This document shows positions 10,601-20,693 of a DNA stretch of 64,000 nt, piece by piece. The position numbers and the translations under genes are program-made. The notes beneath the pieces are model-generated. The model saw nothing but the letters and a program-made list of their open reading frames with translations, had not been told where the DNA came from and searched no databases. The DNA comes from a virus: the IMG/VR virus record IMGVR_UViG_3300042988_001700, positions 34,489 through 98,488 of that record; one strand, 5' to 3'. Each line of letters starts with the position of its first letter. Positions within the stretch are counted from its first letter, which is position 1.

Positions 10601-11834
10601 GGTCGGCAACATTGCGTAATGGATCAAGAAGAAGGCAAAACGAATTATGCGTTACAATGAAGTCATTGCACATATACAGGCCGTTTGGATTCGACACTGT
10701 TATGCAGCGCATCGGAACAGTATTCCCGGTTCTCTCAACCGATACCACGCGACGATACATTTTTAATTGCTGATTCAACCCCTGAAGAACAGACTTCTTT
10801 CGCTCTATACGAAACAACTTCTCCGGCTGCGGATGCTTAATGTATAGCCGATATGATGTATGGCAATACACTTTTTCGCCGTTTGCGTCACGGTAGAACG
10901 GTTCTTTAGGAGTTATTACGACCGTAGAGCCAAGAGACCTCAGAATAAACGCTACATCATCGGCTAACTGCTTGCTGGAAGATGAATATTCGATATATCC
11001 ATCCTTTTCGACGTGTCCATCAGTATCAAGCAGACCTTGAATTATAGAATATCTATCATTAATCGACGCCCACTTGAATGCGTCCGGGATAAACTTCTCA
11101 TGCGACCGCCTGTTATCCAGACCATATAAGCGCATTATAGCAAGCAAATCCTTGCGGCTGTCGCCAATAAAATTGAATTTATACCCCAACCCACCTTTAA
11201 CACTGCCGGTTAGGTTATAAACACCTAAAATTTCTTCATAATGAGGGACATCGTCACGATGAATATCAAAAGTTATCGTATTTTTTCGCAGACACCCATT
11301 CCCAAGTAACGCCCCCATAGCGTAAGGATTAATACCAAAATCAAAATCGTCAATAGCAGCAAAACATTGTTCCTTGCACACTGGAATTAGCGGCCAATTA
11401 GGTCTTTCTCCAACCGATTCTTGCTCAACAGCCCTATCGCACCACTTTTTTAACCGTAGAGTATCGATTACTTTGCCAGAAGACTCTCCAAATATTCTTT
11501 TACCATTAACCTTTATACCTTTTCCAGATCTCCAAGCTAACCACAAATGCTCTGGACCACACAAAGCACTGGTATAATCGTGAAAAGTTATTCTATACTC
11601 TTCATCATTAACAATGGGATGAACACACTCAACTATTCCAATACTTCCATCAGGATTATTTATAGAGTCACCAACGTTAATGTTAATTAGCTTCTTAACC
11701 CCGTAAGGCGTTATTATATCAGAAGTTAATGGTGCTCGTTTGCCCGGTCCCGCAGAGCCACCAAAAATTGCTATATCGGCTGTGCAAGAAAGAAATGCTG
11801 TTTGCGGTCCTGGATGTGGAGAAATCTGACCCAC
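7689..11834 (-). CDS. terL: terminase large subunit with two inteins and a C-terminal extension
   Basis: after removing inteins: Walker A GGSAGPGK|S, Walker B FIGFDELTHF|S, RATTNP, nuclease RYWDFA...DWTAG...DQIDG; adjacent to terS. Confidence 0.93.
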   Translation of the reverse strand: MGQISPHPGPQTAFLSCTADIAIFGGSAGPGKRAPLTSDIITPYGVKKLININVGDSINNPDGSIGIVECVHPIVNDEEYRITFHDYTSALCGPEHLWLAWRSGKGIKVNGKRIFGESSGKVIDTLRLKKWCDRAVEQESVGERPNWPLIPVCKEQCFAAIDDFDFGINPYAMGALLGNGCLRKNTITFDIHRDDVPHYEEILGVYNLTGSVKGGLGYKFNFIGDSRKDLLAIMRLYGLDNRRSHEKFIPDAFKWASINDRYSIIQGLLDTDGHVEKDGYIEYSSSSKQLADDVAFILRSLGSTVVITPKEPFYRDANGEKVYCHTSYRLYIKHPQPEKLFRIERKKSVLQGLNQQLKMYRRVVSVERTGNTVPMRCITVSNPNGLYMCNDFIVTHNSFCLLLDPLRNVADPAFNGVTFRRTSKQVTIGGGLWDTSVNLYRSQGAVPIEGKLTHRFPSGAKIAFSHLEHEKNRFDHQGAQYPFIGFDELTHFCLTEDTDVLTDSGWKNIKDLSNGDKAASLNHSWDIEYKKIKQLHAFNYDGDLKCIKQRNGVSFRVTPNHNVMVSSNKRTEWKFRKAQEVTKGCYIPRSGNFIGNEVDDVLLDMPNWRGHGKNSNSINKLNIDVWIKFLGWYFSEGCAFPMKNRTNSRIVNIRQTKIEHVKEISDILDELGYRWKYRKDGSFIICSRQLYDLLKPYGNQHERRLPKWLLGSSKRQQRLFWDCFVGGDGYINKSKGITIGLCSSGLIDDLQIMAFNLGLVATKSYHRTKSGFDVWRISVSERSHCQTKPNDWYTEKYSGKVYCPEVEDNNNFYIRVNGRCCWTGNSRAQFWYLVTRSRRPDEYVGPCYVRATTNPTDKDDPIGGWVRELVDWWIDPDTGYAIQERSGVIRYMTVQDDKVIWVPEDWRDEDGQPPKSFTFIAATLDDNPSADPSYKSTLSAQDAVTKERLLHGNWNISYKGGMFKPEWFKIVDQAPDGIKWLRYWDFAASEVKPGKNPDWTAGPKVGLYGADLYIADVEHFRTTPAVTETKVRLCADRDGRVVEVGIEEEKGSAGKFVTMHFKKNVLPDRVVYADTPTGEKTERARPWCALAENGHVFLLRGPWNQSFLSEAGAFPLGKRDQIDGVSGAYKLLTSGNRVFKDYRGDTSNFVIGWDNLDNGTRLIVSQWTDSAQNTGVLFMVWTAKTGRLIVFDEFLFGSPAPERVISSLISSIRKTTGNLYRNLQGWEWYANDEMFSKTGSGDMRSAYRKYRITLRKNVRYDENGAILYGQRILERGKLLIHDCCQNFSRQMSSWTMNDTKPESGHLLARAFCNVVSILWEQGKIEPALKKLKPYSYQGTAYFQDVERRAKEGKLYNDGVPLPPERPPSIVGDRTQKDGWMV
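9360..10358 (-). mobile_element. TerL intein 2 (333 aa, LAGLIDADG) just after Walker B
   Basis: THF|CLTEDTDVLTDSGW ... VTPNH ... VYCPEV ... WTGN|S; LGWYFSEG and FVGGDG motifs. Confidence 0.9.
10644..11738 (-). mobile_element. TerL intein 1 (365 aa, class-3-like, LAGLIDADG) in Walker A
   Basis: GPGK|RAPLTSDIITPYG ... EHLW ... MRCITV ... IVTHN|S; MGALLGNG and IQGLLDTDG endonuclease motifs. Confidence 0.9.
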
Positions 11835-11840
11835 GGAATC

Positions 11841-12473
11841 TTATTCCTTTTGTTTTTTCGAAGCAGCAGCTATAACCCTAGCTGACTCTTTCCCGTTAGA
11901 TGGAAGGATTATCAAATTGGTTTCCACCTTAACGGACGGACCTTCTGGCTTTTCAAGTCCAAGCATGCGAGCTAACCGGTCAAGAGACTTGTCCTTATCG
12001 TAGGTTTCAAGCTTTAGCTCTGCCAAATCAACATCGATCTTGACCTCACCATTGGTTGTCGTTCGCGTGCGACACTTGGAAGATATGCTCTTTACAAGCC
12101 TGGTATCTATTTCTGACACTGGCTTTATCTTAACGCCTCTCTCGTCATAGGTATAGAAGTCCCCGGCATTGCTAAAGGCGTGTAGCGCTGTTTCCTCGAC
12201 CACTCGGTCACGTAATGCGGCAAAGTGCGCACCAGTATCGGCTCTAAGCCTGGCTATCTCTTCCTTTATGTGTGGCATGTTAAGTAACTCGTAAGCAATA
12301 GTCGTAGCAGAATGCTCTGAATAGCCTGCCTGCTTTGCTGACCGTGCACCATTAAAGCACAGGATGTATTTCTGACAAAACAGCCGTTGTTGATCGTTTA
12401 ATCCCTTTTTACGCGGCTTTCCAACTTTTTTTTTCGAAACTTTTTTGGAAATGGTGTTTTGTACTGTCTTCAT
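11841..12473 (-). CDS. terS: terminase small subunit
   Basis: LNDQQRLFCQKY...NGARSAKQAGYS...ELL...IKEEI HTH; KLETYDKDKSL; upstream of terL. Confidence 0.88.
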   Translation of the reverse strand: MKTVQNTISKKVSKKKVGKPRKKGLNDQQRLFCQKYILCFNGARSAKQAGYSEHSATTIAYELLNMPHIKEEIARLRADTGAHFAALRDRVVEETALHAFSNAGDFYTYDERGVKIKPVSEIDTRLVKSISSKCRTRTTTNGEVKIDVDLAELKLETYDKDKSLDRLARMLGLEKPEGPSVKVETNLIILPSNGKESARVIAAASKKQKE

Positions 12474-12478
12474 AACCC

Positions 12479-12817
12479 CTATAATACATCCTTTTTGGGT
12501 GATTGTGCAACTTTTTCTTCTTTTAAATAGCTATCTGCTTTTACTATTATATCCCTTATGCGCCTATACTCTTTGTCTAAGAACGCTATTTTTTCTTTCT
12601 TCATGAAAGATTCGCTGTCGAACGATTTTTTTTTGGACTTAATAGCTGCGTCTATTTGAATCTTTCGGAATTTATTATCAGCAATCCCAAAATAAGCGTT
12701 AAGCAGCTCTTTGATTGCCGAATCAGCTTTGTCATTAAAATACTTGGTTGAATTGAGAAGGCAATCACTATGCCAACCAACTATCATTGCCCGGGAGTTA
12801 TTTCTTTTCTGTTTCAT
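12479..12817 (-). CDS. hypothetical protein
   Basis: ORF in operon. Confidence 0.5.
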   Translation of the reverse strand: MKQKRNNSRAMIVGWHSDCLLNSTKYFNDKADSAIKELLNAYFGIADNKFRKIQIDAAIKSKKKSFDSESFMKKEKIAFLDKEYRRIRDIIVKADSYLKEEKVAQSPKKDVL

Positions 12818-12986
12818 TTATTTTACCATCACCATTCTCTACATATTCAATGTCAACAGGCACGCACGCCTTACAATACTTTCGACGGTCTTGCTTGCAA
12901 TCAAGTAATTCTTCATGCGGCAATTCGTGTGGACATCCTTCACACCATATTGCGAATGTTTTTATTTTTGGACATTTCATCATCAT
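12798..12986 (-). CDS. small Cys/His-rich protein, paralog of the MTase C-terminal module
   Basis: MMMKCP...WCEGCPHELPHEE...CKACVPVD. Confidence 0.6.
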   Translation of the reverse strand: MMMKCPKIKTFAIWCEGCPHELPHEELLDCKQDRRKYCKACVPVDIEYVENGDGKINETEKK

Positions 12987-13783
12987 AATTTTCTATTCCT
13001 TTTAACATTAGCACTCCTTATGATTTTTAGTTCATATTCACGCTCTTCAACCATAGAATTCCACCTGTTGACCTTTTCTTGGTATTCAGCTACCTTTTCC
13101 TTTGCTATCTTTAAATGACGAAGACACATTTCTTCACGCGTTTCTTCGCGCTCGTCGTCAACAGGAACACACATACTGCAATATTTATTAACTGATTTTT
13201 TGCAATCGGACTTTTCTTCGTGAGGCAACTCATGATCGCACCCTGCACACCACTCCGTTTTCTTTTTTGGGCATTTCATCATCATTTTTTTTTCTTCTCC
13301 TTTTTTCATAAAGCACACCCAATGGGTTTTTTGCGCTTTACCTGATGGATGGCCAAAAAGAGGCTTCTGGTCGGTGCACCTTAGTATGTTTCTGAGAGGA
13401 ATATCACACTCATTCCATTTAAAAACCAGTATTCCGCTTGGTTTGAGCACTCTAAAGCATTCTGAGAATCCTTTTTCGATATCCTCCGTCCACGTTTGCC
13501 GATCAAGCGCTCCATAGCACTTAGCCATGTAGCTTTTTTCTCCAAGGAAAAGGTGTGGTGGATCGAAAACCACAAGCTTGAAAGTTTCGTCTGGGATATC
13601 CATATTGCGGAAGTCCATTACTCTATCAGGCTGGCAGCTTCTTACCCTCCCATGTATTCCGTTACCAACAATCTCCGGCGGCATCGTGCGCTTGTCTATA
13701 AAAAGAACATCTGGGTTGTGCTTGTCGAACCAAAACGCCCGGCCACCACAGCACGCATCTAAAATATCTGGATAGTACGTCAT
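12983..13783 (-). CDS. SAM-dependent amino-methyltransferase, apparently fused to a Cys-rich small protein
   Basis: likely start MTYYPDILDACCGG (ATG 13783, GGAGG RBS); FDPPH, LVFKW and PLFGH motifs. Confidence 0.8.
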   Translation of the reverse strand: MTYYPDILDACCGGRAFWFDKHNPDVLFIDKRTMPPEIVGNGIHGRVRSCQPDRVMDFRNMDIPDETFKLVVFDPPHLFLGEKSYMAKCYGALDRQTWTEDIEKGFSECFRVLKPSGILVFKWNECDIPLRNILRCTDQKPLFGHPSGKAQKTHWVCFMKKGEEKKMMMKCPKKKTEWCAGCDHELPHEEKSDCKKSVNKYCSMCVPVDDEREETREEMCLRHLKIAKEKVAEYQEKVNRWNSMVEEREYELKIIRSANVKRNRKL

Positions 13784-14824
13784 ACCTCCCAATACCCTTC
13801 GATTAAGCCATAAACAGTATACTCGTCGCCGTTCGAATCCTTGCATACCATCCTGCTTACATTTTGGAGCCAGACGATATACTTTCCCTCCGGCTCTTTT
13901 ACGACAACCGGATACCATGCGAACCATTGGTGCCAATCGTATTTGTTTTTCGTCCGAATCTTCAGTTTCACAATAAAACCCTTTGAATGAGTTATGAGGA
14001 ATTTCATTACCTTTTCACCTTGAATGGATTTTTACGATCAAACCCCCGATGCCCCAAAGACTCGGAGGAAACAATTATGTCTTCATACATTTTAATGTAT
14101 TGCGCCTCTTCCAATAACCAATTTCCTGCCATTGCTTGCTTTGCGCATGCGGCCAAATATCGCTTGTGCATCTTACTCAGCAGGGCTTTATGTTTAGAGA
14201 TAGATTCGATCATTTCCCCTCCCAAACTCCGTTAAAATAAGCCGGAACTGTCCCCGCGTGTATCGGAGTGTGGTTGACCATCAATTGGCCAGTAGCTCCA
14301 TAGCTCCACTCGATTTCGTCATACCTCCACACACGGCCATCTTTGTGAAACACATACACGAACCCGGCAATATTCCGAACCGTAAGCCCAACCGATTCCA
14401 TGTGTTTGCGGAATACTGGCGGCTCCTGATTGTTGTGGTCTGGAATTAAAACCGGTTCGTTGGAACCACGGCCAAGCGCGTCTTCGACGTCCAATGGTAT
14501 CTGGAGACTGGGGCGTCTATTGTTCACCGCTTTCATAAGATAATCAACGATATTATAAACACTCCCATCTTTGATAGAATCAATCCCAGAATTGTATTCA
14601 TCTATCTTATCGGGAGATTTAATAGCCACAAAAGCCTCTAAACACTCCTTACACCTCTGTGTCCAGCCCATCCCCCACTTGGTAACATCAAGCACACAAC
14701 CAAATAATCGGCACTCAACCTGCATACCCAATTTTGATATGCCAAGATATTTGCAGAATTTTCCTGGCTCAGAAGCACAATTCTTCTCTCCACACTCTAT
14801 TTCGTCAGTCCTCACGTATTTCAT
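13780..14824 (-). CDS. three hypothetical genes (13780-14007, 14007-~14213, 14210-14824)
   Basis: overlapping starts and stops. Confidence 0.5.
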
Positions 14825-14927
14825 ATTACACCTTTTGTCACATTATTTTAACATTGAAAGGCTTAAAATCTTATTCCAGACCGAAGATTTCTTCCATTTT
14901 TAGGCAAAAAATAATCCGAATTTCACA

Positions 14928-15317
14928 TTAACCCTCTAAAACACTTCTTTCTTTATCCAAATCGCGGTTCAAAACAGCGTTGTAATCAAATTTTAACGGG
15001 AAGCGAGCCTTTAGCTTGTCGATATTCATCTGCATTACCTGATCGAACGATGACCCGATAGCCCGAAGAGCGAGTGCTGCATACCAGCAGATATCTCCCA
15101 ATTCTTCTTTTAGGTTGACGATATCCAGATTGTCGTTATAAAATAGATGTCTCTTGATTGAATCAGCGAATTCACCTGTCTCAGTCGTAAGTCCAAGTGC
15201 AGCATGTAACAGATCAACCAATGTACTGCAATTATCGACGAGTTTAATGGCAACATCGGCGCACTGTTCCGGATCGGCGGTCCTGGCTGACTGCTTGAGA
15301 TATTCTTCGTTTGTCAT
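14928..15317 (-). CDS. MazG-like NTP pyrophosphohydrolase
   Basis: LGLTTETGEFADSIK...EELGDICWY...NIDKLKARF. Confidence 0.88.
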   Translation of the reverse strand: MTNEEYLKQSARTADPEQCADVAIKLVDNCSTLVDLLHAALGLTTETGEFADSIKRHLFYNDNLDIVNLKEELGDICWYAALALRAIGSSFDQVMQMNIDKLKARFPLKFDYNAVLNRDLDKERSVLEG

Positions 15318-15650
15318 AAAAACCTTATGTCCTCGTTTTTAACTGAAATTGTTTTTCCATCCACCAACTCAACGATTCCACACAGCGCTTTTTCAGCATC
15401 CTTGTAATACCCGCAGAATCTCCCGACCACATTTCCGTTGCTAAATACGCATTCTACTATTACAATGTCATATTTACCAACCCACGGAGGCATACCAAGC
15501 CATACGTGGTGAGGAATACCATCCAAGTATTTTTTAGCGTCAGAGGAACCGCTACTCAGGATTTTCATCTCAGAGTCCCCGAAATGTAGTGGTGCGCAAC
15601 AAAAGAGGAGCGATATCGTTGAAATATCGCCCCGGCAGGAATATATACGA

Positions 15651-16283
15651 TTACCGAACATTCTGAAAAGTCATTTTCTTAAAAGCTTTTTGCTGGCTCG
15701 GTGTCATGAAAGTCTTCCGACCAAGAGCATCATACCGAACCAAGCTTTTGGTGGATAGCTTAATAGCCGTCACCCCCTTACCTGCAAGTACCGGCGTACT
15801 GGCGTATTGCTTAGCTATAGGTGTAGACTTATAGGTAATTACGGAATACCTGCCGTATATCACCTGAGTCTCCATAATTTGATACTTATACCCAAACCCC
15901 GGATTTATCCCGGAACTATTTGGCGCTGCCGAATCATACTGAACATACCCGTAAACATCGCTGCCTCGCCTAAGCATCTGGGTGATTTTATTATTTTGGA
16001 ATCCCCATGATTGCATGTAAGAACTGATAACGATATTGCTCTGGGTAAAATCGGGATTATACACCTTATTGTTGTAAAAAATCCATTCCGGCTGGACCCC
16101 CAACGAGCGAACCATATTGTCATAGGTTTGCCGGTCCTTGATAACGACATTGGTTGTCGGGAAATAGCTCCCGCTTTCGGTCATCGAGAACACGGTGGTG
16201 AACGGGACAATACGCTGGGCATTGATAGCGAAAATCGATCCAACCAGCAAAATGAGAGTAAAAACACATAAAAACTTACGCAC
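15651..16283 (-). CDS. secreted protein with signal peptide and YDALGRK C-terminal motif
   Basis: N-terminal signal peptide, AGGAGG RBS, T9SS-CTD-like motif. Confidence 0.6.
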   Translation of the reverse strand: MRKFLCVFTLILLVGSIFAINAQRIVPFTTVFSMTESGSYFPTTNVVIKDRQTYDNMVRSLGVQPEWIFYNNKVYNPDFTQSNIVISSYMQSWGFQNNKITQMLRRGSDVYGYVQYDSAAPNSSGINPGFGYKYQIMETQVIYGRYSVITYKSTPIAKQYASTPVLAGKGVTAIKLSTKSLVRYDALGRKTFMTPSQQKAFKKMTFQNVR

Positions 16284-16403
16284 TTGAACCTCCTGTAAAA
16301 TTAAAGTTTATGGAAAAAATACTTAAACACGAAATGCGCCAGCACTCCCCCTAAGAATCCGGCGGAAACAATAATACCAACAAACAAACATGCAAAAAAC
16401 ATA

Positions 16404-17120
16404 TCACTTACCATTGCGACGACCTCCCAAGGATGAACGCAGGCTCTCTTCGAGCCACGCACTATATTGGTCTTTTGATTCACCACCGCGCAGCAATATT
16501 CCTCTGCTACTATTTGACATGTGAAGCGGATGGCGAACAAGCCTTTGGTGCGCCCGATCAATGACTACTACCTTCTTTTCCTTCGCCTTAATATAGGCAT
16601 AAAGAACAGCAACGTCAAAATTATCAACATCACCTTCCTGCAACCGGACAATTCCCTTACGGCCATCCTTTAATATGACGATAGTGATGGGATGTCCGGT
16701 CCGACCACTCGACCGAATAATTTTCGATATTTTGGGAAACCGACCGATGAAATACTCGCGACTCGATTCCTCTTTGGATTTTCCGAGAGTGCTTTTTAAA
16801 GCATCCTCAACCATCGTAGAAGTAGGATCAACTTTCATTCCGCGATACTCTTTGTATTCCGATTCAAGAACAAGCTCTTTCTTATCGCAAAACCACATGT
16901 TCTTAATAGATTTATCAACAACCGGAATTCTATTATTAGAATCCCCATAAACAAAACCGCCACAGCAATGCCCGCCAGTGAATCCATCAAACGCAACAGC
17001 AAAAGAGATATCTTCAGAAAGACTCGCATAAGCAGAATACCCAACAACAACACCACGCATACCACCATTAACACAAGTGTTTGGAACAACACAAACAACC
17101 CTATCACCAATCTTAAACAT
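16404..17120 (-). CDS. hypothetical protein with SH3/KOW-like N-terminus
   Basis: MFKIGDRVVCV; GGGAGG RBS. Confidence 0.6.
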   Translation of the reverse strand: MFKIGDRVVCVVPNTCVNGGMRGVVVGYSAYASLSEDISFAVAFDGFTGGHCCGGFVYGDSNNRIPVVDKSIKNMWFCDKKELVLESEYKEYRGMKVDPTSTMVEDALKSTLGKSKEESSREYFIGRFPKISKIIRSSGRTGHPITIVILKDGRKGIVRLQEGDVDNFDVAVLYAYIKAKEKKVVVIDRAHQRLVRHPLHMSNSSRGILLRGGESKDQYSAWLEESLRSSLGGRRNGK

Positions 17121-17624
17121 CTTTCCTCCCGGTTAAAATGCCTCCCCTAAAAAAACCGATAATAGAGGAGGCTAAAAATGTATTTCAAGATACCACAGAG
17201 TATTTAGGTAAACCCGCTGGTATACCCCATATTGTAAGGCAAAACAGGCAACACCGGAACACTTACAACGCCACGCCAACGAACTGGACCCCGGAAATCC
17301 AAAAAGCGACAATAGTCAAAATCCGGAATACAATACTCAAAATTAATACCATCAGAACCACAAAAGGCACCAGCAACCAAAAAAAATATCACTTACTCGC
17401 CTTGTTAACCGTAAACCGAACAGCCTCACGAACCTCCTGCGCGTTGCTGAAACCATAACGCTCCAGCAAAATTCTCGCGCTATCCGGCGTCATGTAACAC
17501 GACATAAAATTTCCCTTTTCCTCTAACGGTTCACCAGACATAAAACCCTCCAGTTTTAATTGTTAACCACAAAAACAACAGTACAAATATAACTACCGCA
17601 AATTATAATGTCAATAAAAATAAA

Positions 17625-18498
17625 TTATTTATTTTCAGATATTTTCTTCAGTCGGCCAACGTATTCAGAGAAATAAATGGGATACAATGACGGCTGACAA
17701 CACTCCATATCGCTAACAACACAATCGATTTCAGAGCCATAAACATGCTTCTGATATGCGCACCCATGAAGGAACATATTGAAAGCATCGTTTGTCTTTC
17801 CATCATTATACCAACCATACCCAGCGGGAATATGTTCGCGCTCCCGAATAGTCGGCTTTTCGAACCGCATCCCGGCAGCGACCTTTTCAAACATCGCCAT
17901 TGCTTCATCGAATTCTTTTGAATATGCTTTCACAATTAAAACTCCCCCCTATAAATGCGAGATTCAAATCGCGCTCTTATCCTTGGCGGAAGATCATGCT
18001 CACGGACGATAAAATTTCCGTTAAGCAATATTTGGGCGCGTCGATACCAAGTCAAATCCCTTAACTCTCGAATAACCAACCCTCCGCGTTTATTGATTTT
18101 GTCGTTGATTATCTCCAAATATTCTTGACGAATCTTTTCACCATTAGCAGGCCACCATCCCTTAATCGATCTGGAAAACATCAATTCAGGATTGTCCTTT
18201 GCCTTCTGAATCGCCTTGATAAAATCAGGTATCGACATACGAAACCCGTCCATTGTTAGCGCAATCGTTTTCATATTACTCCTATAGGGGATTTCTCCCC
18301 CGGTTGGTGTTAGTCTATCTCTGGATCGTATGCGCCTTCATTGGCAAGAGCAATACTCTCCTCCTGGTCGGCGACCGAATTGCTTCTACAATGGTCAGGA
18401 GTGTTGCCGATATCACACCCATGGTTTTCACAGAAAAAAGCGCACGCGCTATTGACACTACGACTGCCATTAACCGTCTTGCAATATTCGTTACCCAT
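17625..18498 (-). CDS. three hypothetical genes (17625-17933, 17936-18274, 18310-18498)
   Basis: RBSs; downstream of the promoter at 18540-18568. Confidence 0.55.
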
Positions 18499-18539
18499 AC
18501 TAACTCCTTAAAAATTGTTAAAAACTAATCGCGTCAATA

Positions 18540-18568
18540 AATATAACCATTCCTATTTATAATGTCAA
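18540..18568 (-). promoter_or_regulatory. sigma70 promoter TTGACA-17-TATATT with operator
   Basis: consensus -35 and near-consensus -10 in an AT-rich divergent intergenic region. Confidence 0.75.
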
Positions 18569-18611
18569 TAGCAAATCACAAAAAATATTTTATTTATTTT
18601 AGGAAAATGTA

Positions 18612-18640
18612 TTGACAGTATTAAAATAAGTAGTTATATT
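18612..18640 (+). promoter_or_regulatory. sigma70 promoter TTGACA-17-TATATT for the plus-strand operon
   Basis: ttgaca gtattaaaataagtagt tatatt, followed by AAGGAG RBS and ATG 18683. Confidence 0.8.
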
Positions 18641-18682
18641 ATATGACAAGTTAAGGTTATAAACAACAATCAAGGAGATAGT

Positions 18683-20394
18683 ATGACGCCACCAGTAATC
18701 AAAAGAAACAGAAAGTCTATCGATGTCAAGTTAAGGGTAATAGCGCGATATGCAAGCGGCGATTTCGCAGAAAGCGACATGGATGTTCGCGTTCCAATTG
18801 CTCTTCTTGGTGAAAATATGATTGAATCTGCGATTGCCTTGGCTAAGAAGCATACCGAAAAAAAACTTATTAACTTTGTCCGTTTCGCATAAGGAGTAAT
18901 CATGGCAACAGAATCCGTCGGTGTTAGTGGTTGTGTTAGTGAATACACGAAGGTAGAACGTATTGCGGAAATTGACCGGGTGATATATGAAGTCAGAAGA
19001 ATGATCGTTGACGAAGAATATTATCCTTCCGACCTTAGAAACTATCCTATTCTTACTAAATTAAATACTTATTTAGAAAAACTTAACGCTATGAAAAAGG
19101 AGCTTGCATGAACACCAACGAACCAATTTTAACTGAAGAGAAGATTGACTTTGTTGACCCATTCACCATCTACGGAATTGACGAAAAAAGCAACCCCAAG
19201 AAAATAAAGTATAGCGAACTGATATTAATCGAAGACGGTCTTCTCGCTCGCACGGAAAAATCGGGAAGCGAAGGATGGTATGTCGAAGTAGCCCGGTGGA
19301 ACGAAACAAATCAATCGTATCAAAGATTCTGCTTCTTGAAGCTTTTCGATCAATCCGACGCCGACGAAATAACTAATGCTATAAACTATCAGTTCCGCAG
19401 CGACCTTTGCGCCCTAATACACTCTTTACAGAATTATGGGGAATAACACCATGGCCAAGAAAAAGTCTCCTACGGTCATTCTAACGCCTTCAGACGTAAC
19501 ATTGGAAATGTGCAAGAAGTCTGCCTTTGGATGCCGTAATTGTCTCTGGAATAGCTGCGAATGTACTTTGGGATCAAATTTCGTTCCCGAAGTAGCGTTC
19601 AATGGCAAATACGCAACCTGCAAATCATACGCATACTACAATTAAAGGAGGGTGACGTGATCAAAAAGGAAAAAGCTATCCTGTGCGCTGCTTTAGCAAT
19701 GGCGGAGCCGGTTGAGGACCCGGCAACCATCCAAGCGCACAAAGCATGGTCGAATACAGTCTACAACCTATTGATACGCAAGATAATCAAAGATGAAGAC
19801 ATGGAAAAAACAAGGTTTCATTATTATGCTACTCACCGTTTCCCGGAAGGATTCTAAAATGGAAAACAGGACCGACCCTATTCAGATGTCAAACGAAGAA
19901 GAAGATCGCTATCTCGACCTCGTTGTTAAGGCAACCGTTAAAAAGCCAAAAACCATGGCTCAACTCAAAGCAGAAAACCATGGATTTATCAAAAACGATG
20001 CTGACCTGGCTGCCATCGTCGCAATCAATCGCTTTCAGCAGATCCTTGTACGGTGCGGCAATGGCCGTTTCTTATGCCCGGCGCAGGACGTTAAAATTTT
20101 CACTGATATCATAGACAAAAGCGAAGACAATTATGTGCGGGACATATCGTTCCCGGCAGTAGATTGTGGTGGAAAATAATGAGTTTTCCCGAACACTGGC
20201 TCCAGCTCATAAAGGAGTCTGGAATTCCACTGCAAACGATCAGCCTTCAAATGGGGTGGAGGAAACAAAGACTCCACCAATTGGTAAAACCCAATCGAAC
20301 GTATAGATTGCGTGAGGGTGAGTATAAAAAACTATTGCCATACATAACTCAATTGGAGGAAGAAAGTGACAAAAAAAAACCTACTCCTGATTAA
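18683..20394 (+). CDS. divergent operon of about 7 small genes (18683-18892, 18902-19111, 19108-19446, ~19451-19645, ~19657-19857, ~19859-20179, ~20179-20394; last is HTH-like)
   Basis: AAGGAG/GGAGG RBSs and coupled ORFs; only plus-strand gene block in the window. Confidence 0.7.
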
Positions 20395-20693
20395 TGTTGT
20401 CGAATGTATCGCCGAAGACATTCCCACTTGCCCTTACATCAGGACAATAGAAATTGCTCAGCGCCACATAGATGAAATGATAGAAAAAATCAAAAAGGAA
20501 ATTAAATTATAATGTGTTATGGACTTGGTTGTAAATGGGAAATCAAAGGAGTCGGGGAGCATGCCGGTGAATGCAGAAAACCAAGAAACGAAGAATGCCC
20601 AGAAAAAGAATCGGATGGCGACCGCCAACAAGAACCCGAATAGTTAGCCTGCCTAACGGGTATCTTGTGGCGATCACCACATTTTACCCTTTT

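Noticed and set aside
12983-13936. ORF-track starts for the MTase, thyX (27966), 28822-29874 and several cassette genes
   Set aside because: The extensions overlap upstream genes; RBS-supported downstream starts were used instead.
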